Shown one piece after another: positions 18,654 to 27,790 of a stretch of DNA of 64,000 nt. The first letter of the stretch is position 1; every line of letters begins with the position of its first letter. The position numbers and the translations under genes were made by a program. Source of the DNA: Armatimonadota bacterium (GTDB lineage: Bacteria; Armatimonadota; Fimbriimonadia; Fimbriimonadales; GBS-DC); assembly GCA_037445735.1 (NCBI GenBank), contig JBBIJY010000008.1, forward strand, positions 40,486 through 104,485, given 5' to 3'. Under the pieces are notes generated by a model. That model had not been told where the DNA came from, made no database searches, and saw only the letters and a program-made list of their open reading frames with translations.

Positions 18654-19871
18654 CTAAAAGGCGAGCCGGATCGATTCGCTCCAGATGAGACGACGCAGGG
18701 CTTCGCGCACCTGCGTGGCGACCTCCTCTTTGCTGCGTCCTGCTAACTGCGCGTCCGATTCGGTGATGCGCACCAGCTCTGCCCCGCGCACCAGCACTGC
18801 CTGTCGATCGGGCGCGAGCTGAATCTCGTACAGCTCGATGCCATCGTCCAGCAGGCGGTTCAGCTTCTGCGCCAGCAGGATTGCCCGTTCGCGCGAGCTG
18901 CCCAGTTGCGTGTCGTCCGCTGGTTCGAAGATGTCGATTTTTTCGTAGCGCACGCGATAGAGTCCGTTTGGCTGGTCGGGCTGGATGGGCACTGCCTGCA
19001 CGCGCAGGGCGGGGCTAACCTCGCGGCGGCGGATGGGAATGCCGTACGCCTGCAGCGCCTGGCGCAGTCGCTCCACGCGCTCGCGCGACACCGGGTGCGT
19101 GCGGAAGATGCCCCAGTCGATTTGCGGGCGGCGCCGCTCCTCGGATGCCAGCCGCTCCATGAACACCAGCATCCCCACGGGGTTGTAGGGCGAGCGGCGC
19201 AGGTACTCTAAGGCGGTCAGGTCGGCGTCGGTCTCCGCCTCCTGACTGAACGCGCTCACCTTCGCGATCCGATACAGCTGCGCGCCCAGCGCCACATTCA
19301 TAAAATCGTCCGAGGGCAGCCGTCCCAGAAGCCCTACCAGAATTGCCGGCAGCAGCACGCTCTGCTGAACCCTGTTGTCAGCGCGAATGAGCGCCATCAC
19401 ATGGCGATGGTCGGCATGCGCTATCTCGTGCGCAATCACGCCCGCCAGCTCATCGTCGCTGGAGACCACCTCCAGCAGACCCCTGTTGATAAACACAAAG
19501 CCGCCTGGCACCGAAAAAGCGTTCACATCCTTCTCGTCGATGATACGGAAGGTGTATTCGAAGGGTGCTGGTCCGGGCTCGCCCCAGTGCGCTTCGGTGT
19601 GCGTCTGGCGGGCAATCGCTGCCAGCGTCTGCCCGATGCGGTTCACCCGCTCCACCAGCTCCGGATCCGTGACGAACCTGTATTGTTTCTCGATTTCGGC
19701 GACAATCTTCTTACCCAGTTCGATTTCTTCGCGGTCGCGCGCGGTCAGGGGCGGCTGGTTGGCAGGCGCGCTTTGCGAAGGCGTTTGACCACCCCCGCCG
19801 CTCATCAACAGGGCTATCAGCGCCATCAGGCTGAACCCCTTCAGTCCCAAAGGCAGTCTGGTCGCATGCAT
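18654..19871 (-). CDS. M48 family zinc metalloprotease
   Basis: VNAFSVPGG, DELAGVIAHEIAH, SQEAETDAD, THP..RER. Confidence 0.92.
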   Translation of the reverse strand: MHATRLPLGLKGFSLMALIALLMSGGGGQTPSQSAPANQPPLTARDREEIELGKKIVAEIEKQYRFVTDPELVERVNRIGQTLAAIARQTHTEAHWGEPGPAPFEYTFRIIDEKDVNAFSVPGGFVFINRGLLEVVSSDDELAGVIAHEIAHADHRHVMALIRADNRVQQSVLLPAILVGLLGRLPSDDFMNVALGAQLYRIAKVSAFSQEAETDADLTALEYLRRSPYNPVGMLVFMERLASEERRRPQIDWGIFRTHPVSRERVERLRQALQAYGIPIRRREVSPALRVQAVPIQPDQPNGLYRVRYEKIDIFEPADDTQLGSSRERAILLAQKLNRLLDDGIELYEIQLAPDRQAVLVRGAELVRITESDAQLAGRSKEEVATQVREALRRLIWSESIRLAF

Positions 19872-19938
19872 CGGCTCTCGCTCCGACTCTATTATACGCG
19901 ATTCGCGGGCAAAGGTGGCACGCGAATCGCCCGCGCCT

Positions 19939-19989
19939 GCAGGAATCGGCGCGAAAGTGGGGTATAATAGAGGTGTTGAAACGCTTCAA
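19939..19989 (+). promoter_or_regulatory. Promoter with LacI-type palindrome TTGAAACGCTTCAA
   Basis: GCAGGAATCG..GTGGGGTATAATAG; palindrome 19976-19989, one mismatch to 5208-5221. Confidence 0.75.
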
Positions 19990-20033
19990 AGATGGGGCGG
20001 TTCAACACATCCCTGAAACGGAGGAATGTTGCG

Positions 20034-21209
20034 ATGAGGCTGAATCGATGGCTTCTGGGTTTGATACTGGGCGCGTTCTGGGTTAGCCCCGCGCCCGCGC
20101 AGGTCGTGTTCTCGTTTGAAACTCCCGATCTGCACGGCTATGCCGATGATGCCGATCCGTCCGACTATTGTGATGCCGTCGGCTGGGAGAACTGCTGGCA
20201 AATCTTTCAGGCGACTCAGGGTGTCACCGACGGCAACTACTCGATGGGTGTGAAGTGGCCGGGTGGTTTCCGCTGGCTGATCAGCAGCAGCGTGCCGGAG
20301 ATTCTGCCCCTGCTTCGAACCGAGCAGCGCCTGCTGGTGGACATCACCGTGCCGGCTGGTGTGTCTGTGCCGTGGGCGAACTTCATCGTTTCGTTCAACG
20401 ATGGTCAGCTGGGCTGGCGCCAGACAAACTGCAATCAGGCAACGATTCCACGCAATCCTGGCACCTACACGGTCATGATCGACACGCGCTCGCTGGCGCT
20501 GCCCTCCACTGATTACAGCGGCTGGTTCCAGTTCAATCTGGGTCTGAACGCGGGTGGGCGCCACGAGATTTATATGGACAATCTGCGCCTGTTTGACGAC
20601 TCGCGCACGCAGGTGGCGTTCCGCTTCGACAGCGACACGCAGGGCTTCAGCTCCAGCGGCGCCAGTGTGAGCTGGGACAACGGCGCGATGCGGGTTCAGT
20701 GGGGCGGTGGCTTTAACTGGATCACGGGCGGCTCCACCCCCGATCTCGTCTCACTGATTCGACGCGGGCACATCCTGGTGATGGACATCACGGTGCCATC
20801 GGGCGTCTCGGTGCCATGGGCGAACATGATTATCTCCTTCAATGACCCGTCGGGCTGGCGGCAGACCGTTAACCCGATCGAACTGCCTGTGTGTGCGGGC
20901 AGTTTCAGCCTCGCGGTGGACTATCGGGAGCTGGCGTTGCCCGCAGCGGACGCGCCCTGGTTCCAGCTCAATCTGGGCATCAATGCTGGCGCGGCACACA
21001 CGATTCTTATCGATAACATCCGCGTGCTGGTGGAGGCGGTGCCCGGCGATGTGGACGGCAACGGCTGCGTGGACGACGCCGACCTGCTGGCGGTGCTGTT
21101 CGCGTTTGGCTGCAGCAGCCAGTGTGGTGCCGAGGATGTGAACGGCGACGGCGTGGTGGATGATGCCGATCTGCTGACTGTGCTGTTCAACTTCGGACAG
21201 GGCTGTTAA
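20034..21209 (+). CDS. Secreted protein with two duplicated Trp-rich beta-sandwich (CBM-like) domains and a dockerin-like tail
   Basis: Signal peptide; internal duplication (DITVP.GVSVPWAN.I.SFND..GWRQT..WFQ.NLG.NAG..DN.R); tail GDVDGNGCVDDADLL..FGQGC. Confidence 0.85.
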   Translation: MRLNRWLLGLILGAFWVSPAPAQVVFSFETPDLHGYADDADPSDYCDAVGWENCWQIFQATQGVTDGNYSMGVKWPGGFRWLISSSVPEILPLLRTEQRLLVDITVPAGVSVPWANFIVSFNDGQLGWRQTNCNQATIPRNPGTYTVMIDTRSLALPSTDYSGWFQFNLGLNAGGRHEIYMDNLRLFDDSRTQVAFRFDSDTQGFSSSGASVSWDNGAMRVQWGGGFNWITGGSTPDLVSLIRRGHILVMDITVPSGVSVPWANMIISFNDPSGWRQTVNPIELPVCAGSFSLAVDYRELALPAADAPWFQLNLGINAGAAHTILIDNIRVLVEAVPGDVDGNGCVDDADLLAVLFAFGCSSQCGAEDVNGDGVVDDADLLTVLFNFGQGC

Positions 21210-21224
21210 GCCCTCACTCCCATA

Positions 21225-21255
21225 CCCCCCTCGCCCATGCGATGGGCGAGGGGGG
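21225..21255. terminator. Strong GC hairpin between convergent genes (repeat-family derived)
   Basis: 14-bp stem CCCCCCTCGCCCAT / ATGGGCGAGGGGGG; no U-tract. Confidence 0.5.
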
Positions 21256-21292
21256 GTCAATTGTCAGCCGCGCGATAACCCCGACAGCCTGC

Positions 21293-22675
21293 CTATGCCT
21301 TCTTCAGCGCGGTGACGATATCGGTAACCACCTTTTTAGCATCGCCGAAGACCATCATGGTGTGCGGCAGATAGAACAGCTCATTATCCACGCCGGCGAA
21401 GCCTGCCGCCAGGCTGCGCTTGATGAACACCACGGTACGGGCTTTGTCCACATCCAGAATCGGCATGCCGTACAGGGGTGAATCGGGTCTGGTGCGTGCG
21501 GCGGGGTTCGTGATGTCGTTCGCGCCCACCACAATCGCCACATCGCATTCGGGGAACAGCAGGTTCGCCTCGTCCATCTCCAGCAGCTGATCGTACGCGA
21601 CCTGCGCCTCCGCCAGCAGCACATTCATATGCCCTGGCATGCGCCCCGCAACGGGGTGAATCGCATATTTGACCGTCACGCCGCGCGCCTCCAGCACATC
21701 CTGCAGTTCCTTCACGGCATGCTGTGCCTGTGCAGCAGCCATCCCATAGCCGGGCACGATCATCACCAGCCGTGCGCCCTCCAGGATGGCAGCCACATCG
21801 TCGGGGCTATAGGCAACCACCGTGCGCGCTTCGCCACCCGCTGCGCCAGCTGCTGGCATCGGCGCGCCCACACCCCCAAACAGCACATTGGTGAAGGAGC
21901 GGTTCATCGCCTTGCACATCAGCATCGCCAGAATGAAGCCCGACGAGCCGTCCAGCGTGCCCGCCACAATCAGCAGTTTATTGTTCAGCACGAAGCCCAG
22001 CGCGGCTGCCGATAGACCCGCGTAAGAGTTCAGGATCGCGATCACCGTTGGCATGTCCGCGCCGCCGATGCCCATCACCAGCAGGAAGCCGAACAGCAGC
22101 GCCGCTATAATCATCACCGGCAGCAGGGCGCTCTGTGTGGGGTCAACCACCAGCGCGATCCCTGACAGCACCGCCACGCCCAGCACCAGCAGACTCACAA
22201 AGTTGCGCCCTGGATAGATGAGCGGCTTGCCCGAGATCAGCTCCTGCAGCTTGGCGAACGCGATACAGCTCCCTGTGAAGGTGAGATAGCCCAGAATCAT
22301 CTCCGATGCCAGCACCGCCATCGTGAAGCGGTCGATATCGGGATAGAGTTGATAATATTTGGCGGTGCCGACGAGCGCGACCGCCAGCGAGCCGAAGGCG
22401 TGCGACATGGCAGTTCGCTGGGGCACGGCGGTCATCGGCAGCTTGAGCGCGATCGGGATACCGATAATCGCGCCCACAAGCACCGCGCCCATCAGCAGGT
22501 CATAACGCTCGACACGGTGTGCTAGCAGGGTGGCAACAATCGCGATCAGCATGCCTGCACTGCCCGCCCAGTTGCCCCAGCGAGCCGTGCGCACCTCGCT
22601 CATCGCCTTCAGCGACAGCACGAACAGCACCGCCGCCAGCACATAGAGCAGCTGAACCAGCACCTCCATGCTCAT
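21293..22675 (-). CDS. pntB: NAD(P) transhydrogenase subunit beta
   Basis: IGGADMP.VI..LNSY.G, VPGYGMA.AQAQH, AIHPVAGRMPGHMNVLLAEA. Confidence 0.97.
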   Translation of the reverse strand: MSMEVLVQLLYVLAAVLFVLSLKAMSEVRTARWGNWAGSAGMLIAIVATLLAHRVERYDLLMGAVLVGAIIGIPIALKLPMTAVPQRTAMSHAFGSLAVALVGTAKYYQLYPDIDRFTMAVLASEMILGYLTFTGSCIAFAKLQELISGKPLIYPGRNFVSLLVLGVAVLSGIALVVDPTQSALLPVMIIAALLFGFLLVMGIGGADMPTVIAILNSYAGLSAAALGFVLNNKLLIVAGTLDGSSGFILAMLMCKAMNRSFTNVLFGGVGAPMPAAGAAGGEARTVVAYSPDDVAAILEGARLVMIVPGYGMAAAQAQHAVKELQDVLEARGVTVKYAIHPVAGRMPGHMNVLLAEAQVAYDQLLEMDEANLLFPECDVAIVVGANDITNPAARTRPDSPLYGMPILDVDKARTVVFIKRSLAAGFAGVDNELFYLPHTMMVFGDAKKVVTDIVTALKKA

Positions 22676-22995
22676 TCGCGCTCACCACCTTTACGCCGTC
22701 GAAACATCAGCAGAATGCGCTCGGTGATCATGAAGCCACTAATCACATTCGACATCGCCAGCGCGACGGCGATCACCGCCAGCCACAGGATGAAGCTGTT
22801 TCTGGGGTTCGCCAGCACAATCAGCGCCGCCACCACTGACACGGATGAGATGGCGTTCGTGAGCGACATCAGCGGCGTGTGCAACAGGCGCGACACATGG
22901 CGAATCAGCTCCAGTCCCAGAAAGCTCGCCAGCAGAAAGATGAGCAGGTTTACGAGAATGTCCTGCATGGTCAGCGTGGCATGCTCAGCGGGCAT
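22672..22995 (-). CDS. pntA: NAD(P) transhydrogenase subunit alpha, part 2 (membrane)
   Basis: LHTPLMSLTNAISS, NVISGFMITERIL.MF; RBS AGGAGG. Confidence 0.93.
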   Translation of the reverse strand: MPAEHATLTMQDILVNLLIFLLASFLGLELIRHVSRLLHTPLMSLTNAISSVSVVAALIVLANPRNSFILWLAVIAVALAMSNVISGFMITERILLMFRRRKGGERE

Positions 22996-24160
22996 TCGGT
23001 TCACCTCCTGACGGTGGGTTGGCACCGAGTTTCTCCTTCACACGCGGATGCACCACCTCGCCCTGATGGGTCACGAGCGTGCTGCGCGTGATCTCATCGT
23101 CCAGATTGAGCTGTCCCTCTCTGAACAGCAGGTTGAGGAAGTTGGTGAGGTTGCGGCTGTAGAGCTGGCTGGCGTGATGGGGGATGGTGGCGGCGAGATT
23201 AACGGCGCCCACAATCGTCACGCCATTTTCGGTGATGGACTCGCCCGCGCGGGTGAGTTCGCAGTTGCCGCCCCATTCGGCGGCAAGGTCAATAATCACC
23301 GAGCCGGGTCGCATGGTGCGCACCATCTCGCGGGTGATCAGCAGCGGTGCGCGTGCACCGGGCACCGCGGCGGTGGTGATGACCACATCGTTGCGGGCGA
23401 TGACGGATGTCAGCAGTTGCTGCTGGCGCCGATAGAAGGCTTCGTCGAAGGCTCTGGCGTAGCCAGTGGCTTCCTGCGCCTCCTCGCTCTCCAGCCCCAG
23501 CGTGACGAATCGGGCGCCCAGGCTTTCGGCTTCCTGTCGGGCAGCGGGGCGGATATCGTAGGCTTCAACGACGGCGCCCAGTCGGCGCGCGGTGGCAATC
23601 GCCTGTAAGCCTGCCACACCTGCGCCTATTACGAACACACGCGCGGGCTGAATCGTGCCTGCCGCCGTCATCATCAGCGGAAACATTCTGGGCAGTATGT
23701 TCGCCGCGAGCAGCACCGCCTTGTAGCCCGCAATCGTCGCCATCGAGGAAAGCACATCCATGCTCTGGGCACGACTGATGCGGGGCATCAGCTCCAGCGC
23801 GAACGCCGTGACGCCGCGTTCCGCGAGCTGCCCCATCACCGCGGGTTGCCAGAGCGGTTCCATCAAGCCAACCAGAATCTGTCCGCGGCGCAGCAGGGGC
23901 AGGTCGTCTGCGAACTGCGGGTTGGCGCCTGCCGTGCGCACCTGTACGATAATCTCAGCGCGAGCGAACAGCTCAACACGCTGGCTGATAATTTGAGCGC
24001 CGCTGTCCTGATATTCGGCATCGGGGAAGCCCGCCGCTTCGCCTGCGCCCGATTCGATCAGCACTTCGAAGCCCGCTTTGTGCAGCGTGGGTAGCAGGGC
24101 GGGGATCAGCGCCACGCGCTGCTCGTTCGGATAGGTCTCCTTCGGCACGCCAATTCTCAT
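22985..24160 (-). CDS. pntA: NAD(P) transhydrogenase subunit alpha, part 1
   Basis: MRIGVPKE, PRISRAQSMDVLSSM..IAGYKAV, GAGVAGLQAIATA. Confidence 0.96.
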   Translation of the reverse strand: MRIGVPKETYPNEQRVALIPALLPTLHKAGFEVLIESGAGEAAGFPDAEYQDSGAQIISQRVELFARAEIIVQVRTAGANPQFADDLPLLRRGQILVGLMEPLWQPAVMGQLAERGVTAFALELMPRISRAQSMDVLSSMATIAGYKAVLLAANILPRMFPLMMTAAGTIQPARVFVIGAGVAGLQAIATARRLGAVVEAYDIRPAARQEAESLGARFVTLGLESEEAQEATGYARAFDEAFYRRQQQLLTSVIARNDVVITTAAVPGARAPLLITREMVRTMRPGSVIIDLAAEWGGNCELTRAGESITENGVTIVGAVNLAATIPHHASQLYSRNLTNFLNLLFREGQLNLDDEITRSTLVTHQGEVVHPRVKEKLGANPPSGGEPNAR

Positions 24161-24274
24161 TGCTCCAGCCCTCCCTCGGTCTGTATTAGCCCGCGTGCGG
24201 ATATACGCCCATAACCCAATTTTCGACCTGTTCTCACTGCTCCCTGTCCTGGCAGCATGGGTACAATCAACATC

Positions 24275-24982
24275 GTGAGTATACCCCGCTGGTTGAAGGT
24301 GGCACTGGGTGCTGGAGCGGTGGTGGCGGGGGCGAACTGGTTTTTGCGGCGCGTCTGGTTCTATCGCGACCCGCAGCGTGTTCCGCCCGCTGACCCGACG
24401 CTCATTCTCGCGCCGTGCGACGGTAAGGTGGTCTACATTCGCCTGGTGGTGCAGGGCGAGGTGTTCGCCGAAAAGCTGGGGCGCACCATCCCCATCCGCG
24501 AGATCACCCGCGCCGACTGGCACGACGCCGATGAGGGCTGGCTCATCGGTATCTATATGAGTCCGCTCGATGTGCATTTCAACTATGCACCGATTGAGGG
24601 CACGGTGGAGCGCATCATTTACACACCCGCTCGCGCAAACCTGCCGATGCTCGATTTGTGGGAGTATATCCGCATGGCGTGGCTGCGCCGCGCCGTTGAC
24701 CTGTTGGGCAAACGCTTCCAGCTGGAGAACGAGCGCCAGACGCTGCTGATTGCTAATGGCACGCTGCGCCTCGCAATGGTCGAAATCGCCGATAAGTTCG
24801 TCAATAAAATCACAACCTATGTGCAGGAGGGTCAGCGTGTACAGGCGGGTCAGAAGGTGGCGTTCATCGGGCGCGGCAGTCAGGTCGATCTGCTGATGTT
24901 CACGCGGCAGGTGGAGATTCTGACGCGCGTGGGCGCGCAGGTGTATGGTGGCGAGACGCCCGTCGCCCGCCTGATCGGGTAG
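24275..24982 (+). CDS. psd: Phosphatidylserine decarboxylase family proenzyme
   Basis: FYRDP.R, APCDGKV, IYMSPLDVHFNYAP, ENER, GSQVD self-cleavage site; GTG start 7 nt after TACAAT (alternative ATG 24257). Confidence 0.85.
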   Translation: MSIPRWLKVALGAGAVVAGANWFLRRVWFYRDPQRVPPADPTLILAPCDGKVVYIRLVVQGEVFAEKLGRTIPIREITRADWHDADEGWLIGIYMSPLDVHFNYAPIEGTVERIIYTPARANLPMLDLWEYIRMAWLRRAVDLLGKRFQLENERQTLLIANGTLRLAMVEIADKFVNKITTYVQEGQRVQAGQKVAFIGRGSQVDLLMFTRQVEILTRVGAQVYGGETPVARLIG

Positions 24983-24986
24983 AGCG

Positions 24987-25844
24987 ATGCTTGTACCGAC
25001 GCGCTATCTCTGCGTGGCACGGGCATCCTGCCCGTGTCGGGGAAACGCTGCTGTGGTTCACATCCCGCTGAACGAGCTGGAGTTCCGCCAGCACGAGCTG
25101 GCGCCGCGGTGGGTGGAGATACAGCTGATTGGCACGGGATTGGACGCCTATCACGCGCTGGGCTGGCTGCACGCTCGTGGCAGGCGGGCACGGCTGGTTG
25201 ATTCTGCTCCCTCACCCGTACCCTCTCCCCCGCTGGGGGAGAGGGACCTGGTAGCCCCCTCACCCGTACCCTCTCCCCCGCTGGGGGAGAGGGTTTCAGA
25301 AACTCGCCTTCGCTATCGCCTCTGGGAGCCGAATGAGTTTCTTCAGCAGGTTGCGCCGTTGCTCAAGGTCGGCGCTGCGCTCGATCTTGGCTGCGGGTCG
25401 GGGCGTGAGGCAGTTTATCTCGCTGAGCGCGGCTGGCAGGTGGTCGCGGTGGATCGCCTGCCCGACGCGCTCCAGCGCGGGCGCGACCTGCAAGCCCGCT
25501 ATGCACCCGACGCGCCACCCATCCAGTGGGTCCAGGCTGACCTTGAGGCTGACTGGCAGCCCGCGCAGGCGTTTGAGCTGGTTGTTTGTTGTTTCTTCCT
25601 GCACCGCCCGCTGGTTCAACGCATAGCGGAATGGCTCGAGCCAGGCGGTCATCTGGTGATGGAGTGCTTCACGACGGTTCATCGGAACCATTTCGGGCGA
25701 CCGGCGTCGGATAAGCGCGTGGTTCAGCCTGACGAGCTGCCCGCGTTGCTGCCGCCTGCCATGCAGGTGCGCCACTACGCTGCAGGCTGGCACACGCGCG
25801 GGCACACCGCTCGCCTGTGGGCAACGCGCTCAGGTACACTCTGA
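24987..25844 (+). CDS. Class I SAM-dependent methyltransferase (TehB-like) with rhodanese-like N-terminus and in-frame repeat insertion
   Basis: ALDLGCGSGREAVYLAERGWQVVAVD, LEPGG; duplicated APSPVPSPPLGER linker. Confidence 0.85.
   Translation: MLVPTRYLCVARASCPCRGNAAVVHIPLNELEFRQHELAPRWVEIQLIGTGLDAYHALGWLHARGRRARLVDSAPSPVPSPPLGERDLVAPSPVPSPPLGERVSETRLRYRLWEPNEFLQQVAPLLKVGAALDLGCGSGREAVYLAERGWQVVAVDRLPDALQRGRDLQARYAPDAPPIQWVQADLEADWQPAQAFELVVCCFFLHRPLVQRIAEWLEPGGHLVMECFTTVHRNHFGRPASDKRVVQPDELPALLPPAMQVRHYAAGWHTRGHTARLWATRSGTL
25014..25036 (+). repeat. REP-like element GTGG-CACGGGCA-TCC-TGCCCGTG
   Basis: Matches 58442-58464 with a compensatory stem change. Confidence 0.65.
25209..25293. repeat. 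Two identical 37-bp palindromic repeats in frame inside the CDS
   Basis: 25209-25245 and 25257-25293, period 48 bp. Confidence 0.9.
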
Positions 25845-25849
25845 AAAAC

Positions 25850-26737
25850 ATGCGACTGGGCATCTTCGGGGACTGGTTGAAGCGCGTGGGCGCGGCGCTG
25901 ACACGGCGCGGCGTGGACGAGGAGCTGCTCGCCGAGCTGGAAGAGACGCTGATTGCCGCCGATGTGAATGTGTACGCGGTGGAGCAGCTCATCGAGCGGT
26001 TGCGGGCGGAGGCGCGGGCGCACCGCCTGCGCGATCTGGACGGGCTGCGCGCGCTGTTGCGTGATACCCTGCGCGAGTGGCTCGGCGCACCAGAACCGTT
26101 GCGTGAACATCCCACACCACCCACGCTCTATCTGTTTGTGGGCGTGAACGGCGTCGGCAAGACCACCTCCATCGCCAAAGTCGGCGCGATGCTCCAGCGC
26201 CAGGGCAGGCGTGTGCTGCTGGCGGCAGGCGACACCTTCCGCGCCGCCGCGATTGACCAGCTGCAAATCTGGGCGGAGCGGCTCGGCGCCGATATCGTTA
26301 AGCATCGCGAAGGCGCAGACCCGTCCGCCGTCGTGTTCGACGCGATTCAGGCAGCCTGCGCGCGCGGCATCGACTTCGTGCTGGCAGACACCGCAGGACG
26401 CCAGCACACCCACACGCGCCTGATGGAGGAGCTGAAAAAGATTTATCGCGTATCGGAAAAGGCGCTGGGTCGACCAGCAGACGAGGTGCTGCTGGTGATC
26501 GACGCCGTCGCGGGTCAGAACGCCATTCGGCAGGCAGAGGAGTTCGCCCGTGCCCTGCCCATCACCGGCATCATCCTTGCCAAACTGGACAGCACCAGCC
26601 GCGGCGGCGCGGTGCTGACCATCCGCCAGCAACTTGGCATCCCCATCAAACTCGTCGGCACAGGCGAAAAAGCGGAGCATATCCAGCCGTTTGACCCCGA
26701 CACTTTTATTGAGGGTCTGCTCACTCCGGGAGAGTAA
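25850..26737 (+). CDS. ftsY: Signal recognition particle receptor FtsY
   Basis: [42 protein letters not shown]. Confidence 0.96.
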   Translation: MRLGIFGDWLKRVGAALTRRGVDEELLAELEETLIAADVNVYAVEQLIERLRAEARAHRLRDLDGLRALLRDTLREWLGAPEPLREHPTPPTLYLFVGVNGVGKTTSIAKVGAMLQRQGRRVLLAAGDTFRAAAIDQLQIWAERLGADIVKHREGADPSAVVFDAIQAACARGIDFVLADTAGRQHTHTRLMEELKKIYRVSEKALGRPADEVLLVIDAVAGQNAIRQAEEFARALPITGIILAKLDSTSRGGAVLTIRQQLGIPIKLVGTGEKAEHIQPFDPDTFIEGLLTPGE

Positions 26738-27753
26738 TGAAAATGGCGCAGAATGCAGGCAAGGCGACCAATGTGGTGGTAATAGCGACACGGCGCAGCC
26801 CCGACTCGGTCAGCATCGCTCAGTATTACGCGCAGAAGCGCGGGCTGCCCGCCACGCACCTGTGCCTCATCGACTGTATCCCGCGCGAGGAGGTCTCGCT
26901 CACCGACTATCGCGACACCATCGAGAAGCCTGTGTATGACCACCTGCAGAAGCACAATCTGGAGCTGAAGGTTGATTTTCTGGTGCTGACCAAAGGCGTG
27001 CCGATACGGATTCGCGAGGGGGGCTTCTCGGTCGATTCGGCGCTGATGTGTGCGCCGCTCAAGTTGCCCTTCCTGCGCGAGCAGGGGCGCGTGCATCAGA
27101 ATCCCTATTTTGGCGTGGCGCAGCCGTTCAGCCGCCGCCGATTCGGCTACTATCTGGCAACCCGTCTGGACGGCTATCTGGTTGCGCACATCAAAGCGCT
27201 GGTGGATAACAGTTTGAAGGCGAAGCCTGCGAAGGGCGTCTTCGTGCTGGATATCGACCCGCGCCGCGACAGGGGCGGCTACCGAATGATTAACGATAGC
27301 ATGCGTCAGGCAGCGGAGCAGCTCAAAAAGCGCGGGTTTGAGGTGATTCTGGACGAGCGGAACGAGTTTGTGGGGGCGGTGAGCGACATCATGGGCTACT
27401 ACTCGTGGGGCAGCAACGATGGCAGTTTTAATGCGCTCAGCTATCGCAGCTTGCGTTTTCGTCCGGGCGCAATTGCGGAGACCGCCGTTTCGACGAGCGC
27501 ACGCACTTTCAACTACACGCAGGGCGGTCAATCGCTGATTGCGGATTTAATTGCGCAGGGCGTGACGGGCGTGAAGGGCTATGTGTCGGAGCCGTATGCC
27601 GTCGCGCTCTGTCGGGCGCACCTGCTATTTGACCATTACACGCGCGGGCGCAATCTGGCGGAGAGTTTCTGGTCGGCGTCGCCCTTTTTGCAGTGGAAGG
27701 ATGTGGTGGTGGGCGATCCGCTTTGCGCGCCCTACGCGCGAAAATCGCCGTAG
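26737..27753 (+). CDS. TIGR03790-like protein
   Basis: S..IAQYYAQKRG, SVDSAL, TRLDG, GAIAETAVS, GVTGVKGYVSEPY, W..VVVGDPL. Confidence 0.75.
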   Translation: MKMAQNAGKATNVVVIATRRSPDSVSIAQYYAQKRGLPATHLCLIDCIPREEVSLTDYRDTIEKPVYDHLQKHNLELKVDFLVLTKGVPIRIREGGFSVDSALMCAPLKLPFLREQGRVHQNPYFGVAQPFSRRRFGYYLATRLDGYLVAHIKALVDNSLKAKPAKGVFVLDIDPRRDRGGYRMINDSMRQAAEQLKKRGFEVILDERNEFVGAVSDIMGYYSWGSNDGSFNALSYRSLRFRPGAIAETAVSTSARTFNYTQGGQSLIADLIAQGVTGVKGYVSEPYAVALCRAHLLFDHYTRGRNLAESFWSASPFLQWKDVVVGDPLCAPYARKSP

Positions 27754-27790
27754 CTTTGCCTGCGCCGTCAGGTATGCTTTTGCTGGAGCG

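Noticed and set aside
22672-24160. Split pntA as a frameshift pseudogene
   Set aside because: Three-gene transhydrogenases are well known and part 2 has its own strong RBS
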